Positions 9,059 to 19,242 of a stretch of 64,000 nt of DNA are shown here, one piece after another (position 1 is the first letter of the stretch; each line of letters opens with the position of its first letter). Source of the stretch: an uncultured Chloroflexia bacterium. Its GTDB lineage: Bacteria; Chloroflexota; Dehalococcoidia; DSTF01; JALHUB01. A program made the translations under genes and the position numbers. The stretch lies in the NCBI GenBank assembly GCA_963835655.1, contig CAWIGJ010000003.1:1011380-1075379 (forward strand). The letters are read 5' to 3'. The notes under the pieces were generated by a model, which worked only from the letters and a program-made list of their open reading frames with translations, did not search any database and had not been told where the DNA came from.

Positions 9059-10372
9059 TTAGTTGAGGCAGTTCATGACTAGCCCAGCCGGCAGTTTCGG
9101 ATAGAAGTAGGTCGACTTCTGTGGCATGCGTTCGCTGGCGTCGGCCATCGACAGCACTTGCTCCAGCGGCGCCGGCGAAAGGAGGAAGGCGACACCGCAT
9201 TCGCCTGAATCGATCAGCCGCAACGCTTCCTCGCCGTCGTGGGTGAACGTCAGGGAACCGTCAGCGGAGGCTTCCGGCTGGTCGATTCCGAGCATCCCGC
9301 GAAGCACAACGGCTTCGAGGATTGCGGCGTCGAGCGACCGCCAGGAAGGAGGGCTGTCAGGCGGCATGCCTTTAGCAATGGTCTCGTCGTCGCGAACACG
9401 CACGATAAGACGTTGACGGCGCATTGCTATTCCGAAAGCTACTCCACCCCTCGCGGCCTTCGTTAGCCTCTCGCTCGTTTCTTGCCATCCAGCGTCGCCG
9501 GCCATGTCCTCAACCGCGAATTCGCGCCCCAGCCGGTCAGTGAAGTCAGCGGGGAGGACAACGTTGCGGAGCAGTCGGTGTGTTGGCAGGACAACCACGC
9601 CCGGGTCCTCGCGGGCGATCACCGCCATGAGGACGAAGTTCTCCGGCTCTTGGCCCGTCCACGTTTCTGCCTGCGAACGGCGCTCGTCTCGATACGCCAG
9701 CGCTGTCTCGTACCGATGATGCCCATCGATGACATAGAATGCCCTGTCGCTCACAAGTCGAGCAATTGCCTCCAGCGATTGCCGGTCGTCCATCCGCCGC
9801 AACTCATGTCTCTCGCCCTCCGCTTCAGCGCTCGCCAATGACGAGGCGTCGCGGCATCCCGATTCCACGGCTTCTCGCAGCCGGCCATCGTCGTCGCGAT
9901 ACAGCGACAGGATAGGGCTGATATTCAGCCGTGTCGCGCGCAGGAGCTGAAGGCGGTCCTCTTTCGGTCGGTTCAGGGTTCGCTCATGTGGCCGCACTGG
10001 TCCTTCGTCCCAGTCGTGCAGACGAACGCGGGCGAACAGCGAGCGTCGAGTCAGTCGGCGCCCCTCGTGCGTGAACTCCTGGTCGTCGACGTATAGGGCC
10101 GGGGCATCGTCTTGCACGAGAATGTGCCGCCGGAGCCAGTCCCACAGTGTCGCCGCGGCGCGCGTGTAGCGATTGTTCGACCCGTTGTCGGCAGCCGATG
10201 TCTCTCCGCATTCCAGCCGGACGATGTTGAACGGACTCCGTTCATACAGGAGTCGCTGCTCCTCCGGTGATATGACATCGAAGGGAGGGCAGACCAACAA
10301 AGAGAGGTCGGCTTCGGTGTAGTGGAGGCCGCGAAAGGGGCGAATCTCAGCCATGAGAGAGTCCCTCGACAA
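9059..10372 (-). CDS. DUF1015-family protein
   Basis: N-terminal MAEIRPFRGLHY and overall architecture are typical of DUF1015. Confidence 0.6.
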   Translation of the reverse strand: MSRDSLMAEIRPFRGLHYTEADLSLLVCPPFDVISPEEQRLLYERSPFNIVRLECGETSAADNGSNNRYTRAAATLWDWLRRHILVQDDAPALYVDDQEFTHEGRRLTRRSLFARVRLHDWDEGPVRPHERTLNRPKEDRLQLLRATRLNISPILSLYRDDDGRLREAVESGCRDASSLASAEAEGERHELRRMDDRQSLEAIARLVSDRAFYVIDGHHRYETALAYRDERRSQAETWTGQEPENFVLMAVIAREDPGVVVLPTHRLLRNVVLPADFTDRLGREFAVEDMAGDAGWQETSERLTKAARGGVAFGIAMRRQRLIVRVRDDETIAKGMPPDSPPSWRSLDAAILEAVVLRGMLGIDQPEASADGSLTFTHDGEEALRLIDSGECGVAFLLSPAPLEQVLSMADASERMPQKSTYFYPKLPAGLVMNCLN

Positions 10373-10457
10373 GGCAAAAGCGAATGGAGGCGAATTGACC
10401 GCGAATGCGGCCCCTACCTAGAATTAACGCGACCTAAGCATAACTGCGGAATCATCG

Positions 10458-10778
10458 ATGGTCTACTGCACGTTCTGCGAAATCGTCGCCGGCAAATCAC
10501 CCGCGGAGATCGTCTACGAGGACGAGGAAGTGGTGGTCTTCCGTAACCGGCTACGCTGGGTGCCGGTCATGCTGCTCGTCGTTCCCAGACAACACATGAG
10601 CCAGGAGGACTTGTGGCGAAACCTGGGGCACGTCGGCGACGTGGCTGTGCAGATGGGCGAGAGGTTCTGCCCCAACGGCTTCCGGCTGCTCTCCAACTTC
10701 GGCGCCGATGCCCTTCAGACCCAGCATCACGGCCACATCCACGTCCTGGGGGGCGCCTGGCTCGGGCAGTATGCCTGA
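10458..10778 (+). CDS. HIT-family (histidine triad) nucleotide hydrolase
   Basis: Contains the HhHhHhh motif (HHGHIHVLGG). Confidence 0.8.
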   Translation: MVYCTFCEIVAGKSPAEIVYEDEEVVVFRNRLRWVPVMLLVVPRQHMSQEDLWRNLGHVGDVAVQMGERFCPNGFRLLSNFGADALQTQHHGHIHVLGGAWLGQYA

Positions 10779-10780
10779 GT

Positions 10781-11554
10781 CTACTCGTCGGGCGAAACCC
10801 GCTCTGTAGGCGCCAGGGCTCGACTCTGCGCCTCCAACAGCTCGCGAATGCCCTGACTGGCCAGCCGCAGCACCTCTTCAAGCGTCGACCGCGGGAAAGG
10901 CGCGTTTTCGGCCGACCCCTGCACTTCGACGAAGTCGCCCGACGCGGTCTGCACGATGTTGAAGTCGGCCTCCGCGCGGGAGTCCTCTTCGTAGGTCAAG
11001 TCCAGCAGCGGCGCGCCCCCAACGACGCCGACGCTCACGGCAGCTATGGCATCCCGAAGGGGCATCGTCGACAGCGTGTGGCGTTCCAGTAACGTTTCGA
11101 AGGCCTGCCGGAGCGCAACGTAGGCGCCGGTGATGGCGGCGCAGCGAGTACCGGCGTCCGCCTGAATGACGTCGCAGTCGACCGTAAAAGTGCGCTCGCC
11201 CAGCAGATCGAGCCGCGTCACCGCGCGCAGCGACCGCCCGATGAGGCGTTGTATTTCCTGTGTCCGCCCGCCGACGCGTCCTTGCGCGGCTTCACGAGGC
11301 GTTCGAGTGTGCGTCGAACGCGGCAACATGCCGTATTCTGCGGTCACCCAGCCGCTGCCCTTATCCCGCAAGAACAGCGGCAGTCGATCCTCAACGCTCA
11401 CAGCGCACAGGACCACCGTCCCGCCCTGTGCGATGCGCGCCGACCCTTCCGCGTGCGGTAGATAGCCGGGCTCGATGCGCACGGGCCGCAACTCGTCAGC
11501 GCGACGTCCGTCAAGTCGTTCCACGGCTGCGCCTTTCACTCGGATCCGGAGCAA
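10781..11554 (-). CDS. rph: Ribonuclease PH
   Basis: N-terminal RLDGRRADELRPVRIE and RNase PH core motifs. The annotated N-terminal residues may be an over-extension. Confidence 0.85.
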   Translation of the reverse strand: MLRIRVKGAAVERLDGRRADELRPVRIEPGYLPHAEGSARIAQGGTVVLCAVSVEDRLPLFLRDKGSGWVTAEYGMLPRSTHTRTPREAAQGRVGGRTQEIQRLIGRSLRAVTRLDLLGERTFTVDCDVIQADAGTRCAAITGAYVALRQAFETLLERHTLSTMPLRDAIAAVSVGVVGGAPLLDLTYEEDSRAEADFNIVQTASGDFVEVQGSAENAPFPRSTLEEVLRLASQGIRELLEAQSRALAPTERVSPDE

Positions 11555-11597
11555 CGGGAGTATAGCATGCCCTTCATCGTCGGAGAAGCGGCTGATC

Positions 11598-12964
11598 CTA
11601 CCTGATGGCCTGAAGATCGCCCTGGTAGGCCTGGCCCGTCACCGAGATCAGCTTGTTGTCGAGGGCCTGTCTGGCGCCCCGGTTCTGAAGCGCCTGAATC
11701 GCGGCGTCGCAGGCTGCGTTCTGGTTTGCGTTGCTAGCCGGATAGACCGGCGGACAGGGCGCCGTCAGCGAAGCGTAGTCGACCAGATTGAACCAGTAGA
11801 AGAAGCCGAACGCGCTGATGTAGTCGAACTGCTCGTAGTTCGCCAGCTTCATCATCATCGAAAGGAACTGCTGGTCCAGGGGCGACCAGAAGCTGAACGT
11901 ATCGCGGGCGCGGACGTCGAGCAGGGGGTCCGGACCCAGAAACCGCGCAACGACGTCGACTTGTGCAACCAGTATTCAGAGATACTGGCGCCCTTCCCGG
12001 CCGCATGCGCCATGTCTGCCACCTGCTCGGCGACGCCGATTTCATCTAACCCCGGCTGAAGGTTGTAGACATGCGTGTCGATCTCGTCTAGGCCGGGAAT
12101 CGTCGCCAGGTCCGTCACATACGCCTTCCAGTCAGCCTGCCAGCTTCCTACGCCTGAGCCAAGCGGCATTGTCGTGTGGAGACCAGGAATCTGTGCCTGC
12201 TGCAGCGCTGCCACGAATTGCCTTATCATCTCGGTGTCGGCCTTCGGATCGCTCATGACACTCGACAAGGCTGGATTCTGCGAGTTAACTGCGTCGGTCG
12301 TCGGCTCCGTCTGCAGGAGCAGGTAATCGGGCTTGATCGTCTGTGCCACGAGGAGGTTGTGTGCGCTTCGCCGCTGCTCGTAAGTGGCGAGGTCGAGCGA
12401 CTTGTAATAGCCGCTGGCATCGATTGAATTCGCACTGCCGGTCGCAATCGTCAACAGTGGGTTGGCTTCGACGATCATCTTCATGCCCAGACTGTGGATC
12501 GCGTCTGCGACAGACGTGTAGTAGGCGATCCACGTCTGGACGGTCTGCTGTGCCTGAACAGGTGTCTGCCCGAGCGCTATGTAGAGATTCTCGTCGAATA
12601 TCGGAAAGCCGATCTGAACGGTGATGGCCGTCCCTCCCATATCGTGCTCGGCCTGGAGCTCTTCCTGCATTGCTGCCTTCACGCTGGGTTGGAGGATAGC
12701 GAAGCCGCCGTTGCCGTCCGCCGACAGCAACTCAGTGGCGTAGTTGACCGCGTAGGTGCTCCCGTCCCACGCTGAGCTGATCTCGCTGTCGTTCGCGCCG
12801 ATGATGCCTTGGAGGTCGTTGTACAGCGTCTCGTACTGGGTCGGAACCTCAGGCGGGACGACCGTGGGCGATAGTGTAGGAGCCGGAGCCTTCGATCCGC
12901 TGCAGCCAACAAGCAAACCAGCCGATGTTAGGACGAGCGTGGCAGTCAGGAAGAGAAATCGCAC
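11598..12964 (-). pseudogene. Lipoprotein (possible glycoside-hydrolase-like) interrupted by one frameshift
   Basis: The 369-aa ORF ends in frame noise. The next ORF (11598-11858) continues the same protein in another frame once extended upstream (…SISEYW then LVAQVDVVARFLGPDPLLDVRARDTFSFWSPLDQQFLSMMMKLANYEQ…). The junction is near 11960-11980. Lipobox LVGCSG. Confidence 0.55.
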
Positions 12965-13012
12965 CGTAATCGGCCCCTTTCTCTTCGAATCGCGGTCAAT
13001 CCCAGTGTAGCA

Positions 13013-15514
13013 CTACTCGCCGCCTGAGAAGCGCGACGGCACTTGCGGCTCGCCTCGCTCGGCGCTTACCCAAAGCCGCTCGCCGTCTGTTGAAAACGTC
13101 ACGTCGCCCTCCTGATCGGTCCGGTAGAGGATAGTGTCGTCGAGGCGCAGGAGTGTCGACGGCGCTGGCTGTCCGAAGTCGTTCTCGCCCACGGATATAA
13201 CCGACACGGCCGGCTGCACGGCATCGAGCAGCGCCTGGCTTGTGCCGTAGGCGGAGCCGTGGTGGGGGACCTTCAGCACTGTCGATCTCAAATCGACGCG
13301 CTCGTCGAGCAGCGCGTCTTCGCCCTCAGATTGGATGTCGCCGGTCAAAAGGAAGCTGACGTTGCCCCATTTGAGCTTGAGCACGAGTGAGTTGTTGTTC
13401 CGGTTCTCGCCGGCGCCGCCGCCGATGATCGGCTGCTTGGGTGGCCCGAGGATCTGAATCGACGCACCTTCTCCCAGGTCTATCCAGCCGCCCGCTGTTG
13501 CCTCTTCGCAGGGCACGCCTTTCTCGTCGATCACGTCGCGCCAGGAGTTGACGAGTTGCGTGTCTGCTTCTATTGGCCCCTCGACAATTCGTTCCACATC
13601 GTAGCGCTTCACGACGTCGACAAGGCCCGCGAGATGATCGCTGTCTGTGTGCGTGAGCAGCACCATGTTCAGCTTCCGGTCCCAGTACGGCAGGGCCCCA
13701 CCCAGATCCTGCTCGATCACCTCGGGGTCCGGCCCACCGTCGACCAGCAGTCTCTGCCCTTCCGGCGTGGTGATGAGAATGGAATCGCCCTGCCCGACGT
13801 CGAACACCTCTACGGTCAGACGACCATCCGGTGCCGCGAATATCCCCGCGAGTCGGTTGTCGCGTGACGATAGGACGGGTGACCACACGACTATCGCCGC
13901 GAGCGCCAATCCGCCCGTCAACCAAGTGGCCGGTATCGCCGCAAGCGGTCGGACCGGCACGGCCAGGACGCGCCGGAGTGGCTGCCAAAGGCGCAGGAGC
14001 GCCTCTTCGCCGGGCCGCTTTCGAGCCAGCATCCAGCAGAGCGCCGCCAGCAAACCATAGGAGGCGACGCACACCTCAGTGTTGAACCGCCGCACCTCGA
14101 GCGAGGCGAACGGGACGGCGGCCATTAGGCGCACCATCTCAATCATGTAGCTGAGCCCTAACCAGGCGAAGTAACCTGCCACCTGCGCCAGCGCTCCGGA
14201 AGCGAGCCCAAGCACAGCGACAAAGGTCGAACTCAACATAATGTAAGGAAAGGCGGGAAGGACGAGCAGGTTCGCCGGTAACGCAATGAGAGAGATGCGC
14301 TGGAAGTAGAGCGCGATGAGCGGCAACGTCGAGATGACGGCACACACCGTCACAAGCCCGATTTCGAAGAGGCCGGCCCCGAAGCCTTGCCTCGGAAGTT
14401 CTGGCAGCCAGCCGGCCCGCTGCCAGACCTGCTCGACGCGTGGGCGCAGAAGCGGCTCCAACACAATGAGCCCGGCTGTCGCTGCGAAGCTGAGTTGGAA
14501 CGAGACGTCGGTTACAACGTTTGGCTGCAATCCGGCCATGAGGGCCGCCGCCGTAAGCAGCGAGACAACGCCGCTCGTCGGGCGTCCGAGCAAGATAGCA
14601 GTCAGGTAGAGCGAGCCCATGATCGCGGCCCTGACGAGGCTTGGCGAAGCGCCCGTGAAGAGCGTGTATCCGACGATCGCCGCAAGCGCCAGCAGCGCCG
14701 CCCGGCGGCGTCCGACCAGCCAGGCCAGAGCGCCGATGATGAAGCCAGCCAGCAGCGTTACGTTGTAGCCTGAAAGGGCAATGATGTGAGACGTGCTGGT
14801 TGTGTTCAGGTCATCCTTCAAGTCTTGCGGCAATACTGAGCGTTCGCCCAGCAATATCCCCTGTGCCAGCGCCGCCTGCGGTTCCGGCAACGCCTTCCCC
14901 AGCGCCAACGAAAGGTCGCGCCGCAAGTCATGAATCACCCCTAGCGCGCCGTTCCCCCGTCCCGCCCCCTCTAGAGCCACTTCTGGATAGTAGGCTACGG
15001 AGTCTATTCCCCGGTTCGCGAGGTACTGTCGGTAGTCGAAGTTCGGCAGAGCGGGCGGCGTTTCCAGCTTCGCCGTAATGGTGAGAAAGTCGCCGTAGTG
15101 ATGGCCCTCGCCGGCAACCTCCCGCAAGAGCACGCCGCCATCCGCAGACTGCCAGGAGCCGTCGCGCTGCTGGACCTCTTTCACGGCGATGCGCGTCGAA
15201 ATGTAGCGATCGCCGATGTCGGGTTCGTCGACGACGAGGCCACGGAAAGTAACGGCCGGGCCGTCATTCAGGGCGACGATGCCAGAAGGCGCAGCGGCAG
15301 AATCATGTGGATTCGCGCGAAGGAACCCGCCGGCGAAGAGCCCCACGCACGCCAGGCTGAGGAGCGCCAGGCTCGGTTGTCTTCGGGCCAGCCCGAAGCC
15401 GGCCGCGAGCGCAAGGGTCGCGGCGCCAGCGATCATCGCCGCCCGCTCGTCCCAACCGAGGGCAGCGGCGACGGTGCCGGCAAACCAGGCGGCAGCAAAA
15501 TAGGCGAGCGTCAA
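13013..15514 (-). CDS. comEC: DNA internalization competence protein ComEC/Rec2 with a C-terminal metallo-beta-lactamase domain
   Basis: 833 aa with a polytopic membrane domain, a DUF4131/competence domain and an MBL HxHxDH-like motif (LLTHTDSDHLAGL). The 4-nt overlap with comEA suggests translational coupling. Confidence 0.85.
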   Translation of the reverse strand: MTLAYFAAAWFAGTVAAALGWDERAAMIAGAATLALAAGFGLARRQPSLALLSLACVGLFAGGFLRANPHDSAAAPSGIVALNDGPAVTFRGLVVDEPDIGDRYISTRIAVKEVQQRDGSWQSADGGVLLREVAGEGHHYGDFLTITAKLETPPALPNFDYRQYLANRGIDSVAYYPEVALEGAGRGNGALGVIHDLRRDLSLALGKALPEPQAALAQGILLGERSVLPQDLKDDLNTTSTSHIIALSGYNVTLLAGFIIGALAWLVGRRRAALLALAAIVGYTLFTGASPSLVRAAIMGSLYLTAILLGRPTSGVVSLLTAAALMAGLQPNVVTDVSFQLSFAATAGLIVLEPLLRPRVEQVWQRAGWLPELPRQGFGAGLFEIGLVTVCAVISTLPLIALYFQRISLIALPANLLVLPAFPYIMLSSTFVAVLGLASGALAQVAGYFAWLGLSYMIEMVRLMAAVPFASLEVRRFNTEVCVASYGLLAALCWMLARKRPGEEALLRLWQPLRRVLAVPVRPLAAIPATWLTGGLALAAIVVWSPVLSSRDNRLAGIFAAPDGRLTVEVFDVGQGDSILITTPEGQRLLVDGGPDPEVIEQDLGGALPYWDRKLNMVLLTHTDSDHLAGLVDVVKRYDVERIVEGPIEADTQLVNSWRDVIDEKGVPCEEATAGGWIDLGEGASIQILGPPKQPIIGGGAGENRNNNSLVLKLKWGNVSFLLTGDIQSEGEDALLDERVDLRSTVLKVPHHGSAYGTSQALLDAVQPAVSVISVGENDFGQPAPSTLLRLDDTILYRTDQEGDVTFSTDGERLWVSAERGEPQVPSRFSGGE

Positions 15515-16119
15515 GGCCCAACCGTTATCAGGTCTTTGATCTTGTCGAAGGTTGCCTGCGGCAGCACCTTTCGTTCCACAAGCTCCTCGGGCCGGTGGAA
15601 TGCGCCCTCGGTCTCGCGTGAATCGACGATCCGTTGCGAATACACCTCGCCGATGCCCGGCAGCATATCTAGCTCTGCCGCTGTCGCCGAGTTGATGTCA
15701 ATCTTCTGTCCGGCAATGGGCGTGGAGCCGGAAGACACTCCATCCGTCTCGCCGAGTTGCGGCACCTTGATCTGGTCTTGGTCGCGAACGCGCAGGGCAA
15801 GATTGAGGGAATCGGTGTCGGCGTCTTCAGTCACTCCGCCGGCGGCGGCGAGCGCGTCTTCTACGCGATCGCCTTCGTGCAGGGAATAGACGCCTGGCTT
15901 CTCGACTGCGCCCGCCACCTCGACCTTTATGGCCGTGCCGCCGGCTTGAGGATCATCAAAGCTGATTTCCAGAGATTGCTGTCCGCCACGGTGCTGCAGG
16001 ACGAGGATAACGAGTCCGACCACGATGACGGAGACAAGAAAACCGAGGACAATGCTGCGGTTCCGTTCCAGCCAGGAGCTCACGGAATATCCCTTCCGTT
16101 GTAAAGACGAGGTGCGCAA
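15511..16119 (-). CDS. comEA: Competence protein ComEA (SLBB plus helix-hairpin-helix DNA-binding)
   Basis: N-terminal TM helix, SLBB domain and a C-terminal tandem HhH (INSATAAELDMLPGIGEVYSQRIV). Confidence 0.8.
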   Translation of the reverse strand: MRTSSLQRKGYSVSSWLERNRSIVLGFLVSVIVVGLVILVLQHRGGQQSLEISFDDPQAGGTAIKVEVAGAVEKPGVYSLHEGDRVEDALAAAGGVTEDADTDSLNLALRVRDQDQIKVPQLGETDGVSSGSTPIAGQKIDINSATAAELDMLPGIGEVYSQRIVDSRETEGAFHRPEELVERKVLPQATFDKIKDLITVGP

Positions 16120-16251
16120 GCGAGCTTACTATTCTCGCATGCGTTCGTCAACTAGCCGGAAGCGAATCGCGAAGAGTATCTGCGCAGGAGGCGTCAACTG
16201 TGCTGGCGAATAGCGCTATGTTATACTTTTTTACTGTCGAAAGGGGGCCTC

Positions 16252-17169
16252 ATGCAGGGTCGAAACCTGCTGTCAATCGCCGATCTAACGCCGGAAGAGC
16301 TTCGCCGCATCGTCGATCTCGCTGCCGAGATGAAGCAAGACGGCTATCCGCGCCTCCTTGCTGGCAAGACGCTCGCGCTCCTCTTCGAGAAGGCCTCACT
16401 GCGGACTAACGTCAGCTTCAACGTCGCCATGCAGCAGCTCGGCGGCCAGGCGATTTACCTTGGACAGAGCGAAGTCGGCCTCGGCCAGCGCGAGTCCGTC
16501 GCCGATGTCGCCCGCGTGCTTAGTCGCTACGTCGACGGCATCGCTGCTCGCACCTATTCGCAACAGACGCTTGTCGACCTTGCGCGGTACGCCAGTGTCC
16601 CTATCGTCAACGCCCTCTCCGACGAGGAGCACCCCTGCCAGGCTGTCGCCGACTTGCTGACCGTATATGAGAAGAAGGGGCACTTCCACGGTTTGACCTT
16701 GGCGTTCATCGGAGATGGCAACAACGTAGCCACATCGCTAGCCCAGGCGGCCGCAATGGTCGGGATGAACTTCATCATCGCCTCACCCGAGGGCTACGAG
16801 CTCTGCGAACGGACGCTGGAGCAGGCACGAGAATCGGCAACTACAAACGGTGCTACTGTAACCTGCATTCGCTCGCCGCAAGCGGCGGTGGATCAGGCCG
16901 ACATCGTCTACACCGACGTCTGGATCAGCATGGGGCAGGAGGACAGCTACGACGACCGGCTGACAGCCTTCGAAGGCTATCAGGTGAATGATGAATTGCT
17001 CTCGCACGCGCGTAAGGACGTCATCCTCATGCATGACCTGCCGGCACACCGCGGCGAAGAGATAGCGAACGAGGTGATCGAGGGTCCGAAATCGGTAGTT
17101 TTCGACCAGGCCGAAAACCGCCTGCACGCGCAGCGTGCCATCCTGGCGTTGCTCTTGGCAGATAGCTAA
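16252..17169 (+). CDS. argF: Ornithine carbamoyltransferase
   Basis: Carbamoyl-phosphate-binding SxRT, HPCQ and OTCase-specific DxWxSMG motifs. Confidence 0.85.
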   Translation: MQGRNLLSIADLTPEELRRIVDLAAEMKQDGYPRLLAGKTLALLFEKASLRTNVSFNVAMQQLGGQAIYLGQSEVGLGQRESVADVARVLSRYVDGIAARTYSQQTLVDLARYASVPIVNALSDEEHPCQAVADLLTVYEKKGHFHGLTLAFIGDGNNVATSLAQAAAMVGMNFIIASPEGYELCERTLEQARESATTNGATVTCIRSPQAAVDQADIVYTDVWISMGQEDSYDDRLTAFEGYQVNDELLSHARKDVILMHDLPAHRGEEIANEVIEGPKSVVFDQAENRLHAQRAILALLLADS

Positions 17170-17198
17170 ACACCGAAGCCTACGGACAGCCTTCAACC

Positions 17199-18014
17199 AT
17201 GCAAGGATTCCTCGACAACATCAGCCAGAACCTGTCGCGTTTCGACGCCCGCGCTGCCGTCGATATTCTGCTGATTGCTGCCATCATCTACTGGTTTCTG
17301 CTTGTCCTCCGCGGTACGACCGCCATGTCGGTGCTGCGCGGGATCGCTTTCGTCTTCATCGGTGCCTTCGTGCTGGCGCGCGTCCTCGACCTCACAGTGC
17401 TCAATTGGGTCCTCACTCATTCCTTCATCGCCGTGCTCATAGCCATCCCGATCATCTTCCAGCCCGAGCTTCGCCGGGCCCTCGAGCGGCTTGGCCGGAC
17501 AAGGCGTGCTTGGCTCGGCCGTCCTAGTTATGACGCAGTTATCGACGCTGTCACGGGCGCTGCTTGCAACCTCTCGCGAGAGCGACACGGCGCCCTCATG
17601 GTGCTGGAGCGTGAGACTGGCCTGGAAGACTACATTGACACCGGCGTGAGGGTCGATGCCTCGCCATCGGTCGAATTGCTCCAGGGCATCTTCTTCCCTA
17701 ATTCGCCCCTGCACGATGGCGCGGTCATCCTGCGCGAGAATCGGGTCGTCGCTGCTGCTTGCACGTTGCCGCTGGCCGATGAGAAGCCTCGCGGCATGAT
17801 GGGAACGCGCCACCGAGCGGCGATAGGCATCACGGAACGAACGGACGCTGTGTCGGTCGTCGTCTCAGAGGAGACGGGGCAGATGTCGGTTGCGACCAAC
17901 GGCCGCATTTGGCGCCGGCTCGATGAAGGACGCCTCCGTGCAATCCTTCAGAACAGCTTGGGAAGTGTCTGGACAAAACGAGGCGACGGGAGGGAACGTG
18001 CTGTCTCCGGGTGA
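17199..18014 (+). CDS. cdaA: Diadenylate cyclase CdaA (DisA_N/DAC domain, membrane-anchored)
   Basis: Three N-terminal TM helices plus DAC motifs (DGAVI, RHRAA, GxSEETG). Confidence 0.85.
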   Translation: MQGFLDNISQNLSRFDARAAVDILLIAAIIYWFLLVLRGTTAMSVLRGIAFVFIGAFVLARVLDLTVLNWVLTHSFIAVLIAIPIIFQPELRRALERLGRTRRAWLGRPSYDAVIDAVTGAACNLSRERHGALMVLERETGLEDYIDTGVRVDASPSVELLQGIFFPNSPLHDGAVILRENRVVAAACTLPLADEKPRGMMGTRHRAAIGITERTDAVSVVVSEETGQMSVATNGRIWRRLDEGRLRAILQNSLGSVWTKRGDGRERAVSG

Positions 18015-19242
18015 CCTTGTGAAGACCGCCCTCGGTGCCCTACGCGACGCCTTCGACGTGTTCCGGCACACGTTCACGCTGGGCCTGCTCTCGCTGGGGC
18101 TCGCCATCGTCATCTGGTTCGTCGTCAGCGACGCCCAGAACCCGCCCAAGCGAGGCTTCTTCTCCGGCACCATCCCGGTGGAAGCAGTGAACGTGCCCCA
18201 AGGCAAGGCGCCAATCGAGGCCGCGCAGGTCCAGATCGAGATATCCGCAGATTCTGACGTCTGGAATGACCTCACCATCGGCGACTTCAAGGCAACAGTC
18301 GACCTCTCGAGCATGACCCAGGCCGAGGCCAATCTGCCGGTGCATGTTGCCGCCTTGCGAAACGATGTTGACATAATCCGCGCCGTCCCTTCGTCGGTCG
18401 ATGTCACGCTCGAGCTCACTACGACTGAGTCGAAGCCGGTGAAGATAAACACTGTCGCCGTGGCGCCTGTGGGCTACAGCGTGACGGATGAAAAGGTAAG
18501 CCCAGACACCGTGGAAGTCAGTGGGGCACAGAGTCTTGTCGCACAGACCGATGCCGTCTGGGTCGACCTCAACCTGACCGGCGTCCAGACAAGCATGGAG
18601 CGCGACTACACTCTGGTCGCCCGCGACAAGGATGGCCGCCAGGTGAACGTCAAAATCGAGCCGAATACGGCAAAGGTCGCTGTGACGGTCGTTAGGACGG
18701 AGTGGATGGAGACCTTCCCCGTCAACCCCTCGATTAGCGGCAATGTCGCTACTGGGTACTCCGTCACCGGTGTCGAGGTCGACCCTCCGTTCGTGAACGT
18801 TCGCGGCCCTGTCGACGTGCTCCAATCGATCTCGGTTCTGACGACCGATGCGATTCCCGTCGATGGGGCGGAATCGGATGTCCAGCGCAGCGTACAGCTT
18901 CGCCTTCCGCCGGGTGCCACGGTTGATGGCGGTAGCGAGGTTGTCGTCCACGTTCGCGTCGCGCCCGCGGAGGGGCAGCGCAATCTTCAGGTCGCCGTAC
19001 AGGTGATGGGCCTGAAGCAAGGCTTGGTCGCCACCCTCTCGAACGAGGATCTGGTCGCAACGCTTGCTGGCTCATTGCCGGCGCTCAATGCTCTCACCGG
19101 CGATGACGTGACTGCGACGATCGATGCTTCCAACCTGACCGTCGGCACATACTCGCTCACTCCCAAGATCAACCTGCCAGCAACCATGCAACTCATCGGC
19201 GTTTCCCCGCCTGAGATCCAGGTGACGGTCACTTCCCAATGA
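17998..19242 (+). CDS. cdaR: CdaR (YbbR-domain regulator of CdaA)
   Basis: The GTG at 17998 follows RBS GGAGGG in the ORF-track frame. N-terminal TM helix followed by repeated YbbR-like beta domains. Overlaps cdaA by 17 nt. Confidence 0.7.
   Translation: MLSPGDLVKTALGALRDAFDVFRHTFTLGLLSLGLAIVIWFVVSDAQNPPKRGFFSGTIPVEAVNVPQGKAPIEAAQVQIEISADSDVWNDLTIGDFKATVDLSSMTQAEANLPVHVAALRNDVDIIRAVPSSVDVTLELTTTESKPVKINTVAVAPVGYSVTDEKVSPDTVEVSGAQSLVAQTDAVWVDLNLTGVQTSMERDYTLVARDKDGRQVNVKIEPNTAKVAVTVVRTEWMETFPVNPSISGNVATGYSVTGVEVDPPFVNVRGPVDVLQSISVLTTDAIPVDGAESDVQRSVQLRLPPGATVDGGSEVVVHVRVAPAEGQRNLQVAVQVMGLKQGLVATLSNEDLVATLAGSLPALNALTGDDVTATIDASNLTVGTYSLTPKINLPATMQLIGVSPPEIQVTVTSQ

Noticed and set aside
13326-14072. 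Minus-strand 248-aa Arg-rich ORF inside comEC, and plus-strand ORFs 13556-14085 and 14316-15078
   Set aside because: Alternative frames of comEC with low-complexity, R/A/P-rich translations.
15098-15889. Plus-strand 263-aa ORF across the comEC/comEA junction
   Set aside because: Antisense to two well-supported genes.
18040-19020. Minus-strand 326-aa ORF inside cdaR
   Set aside because: Antisense frame. cdaR on the plus strand has repeated YbbR domains.
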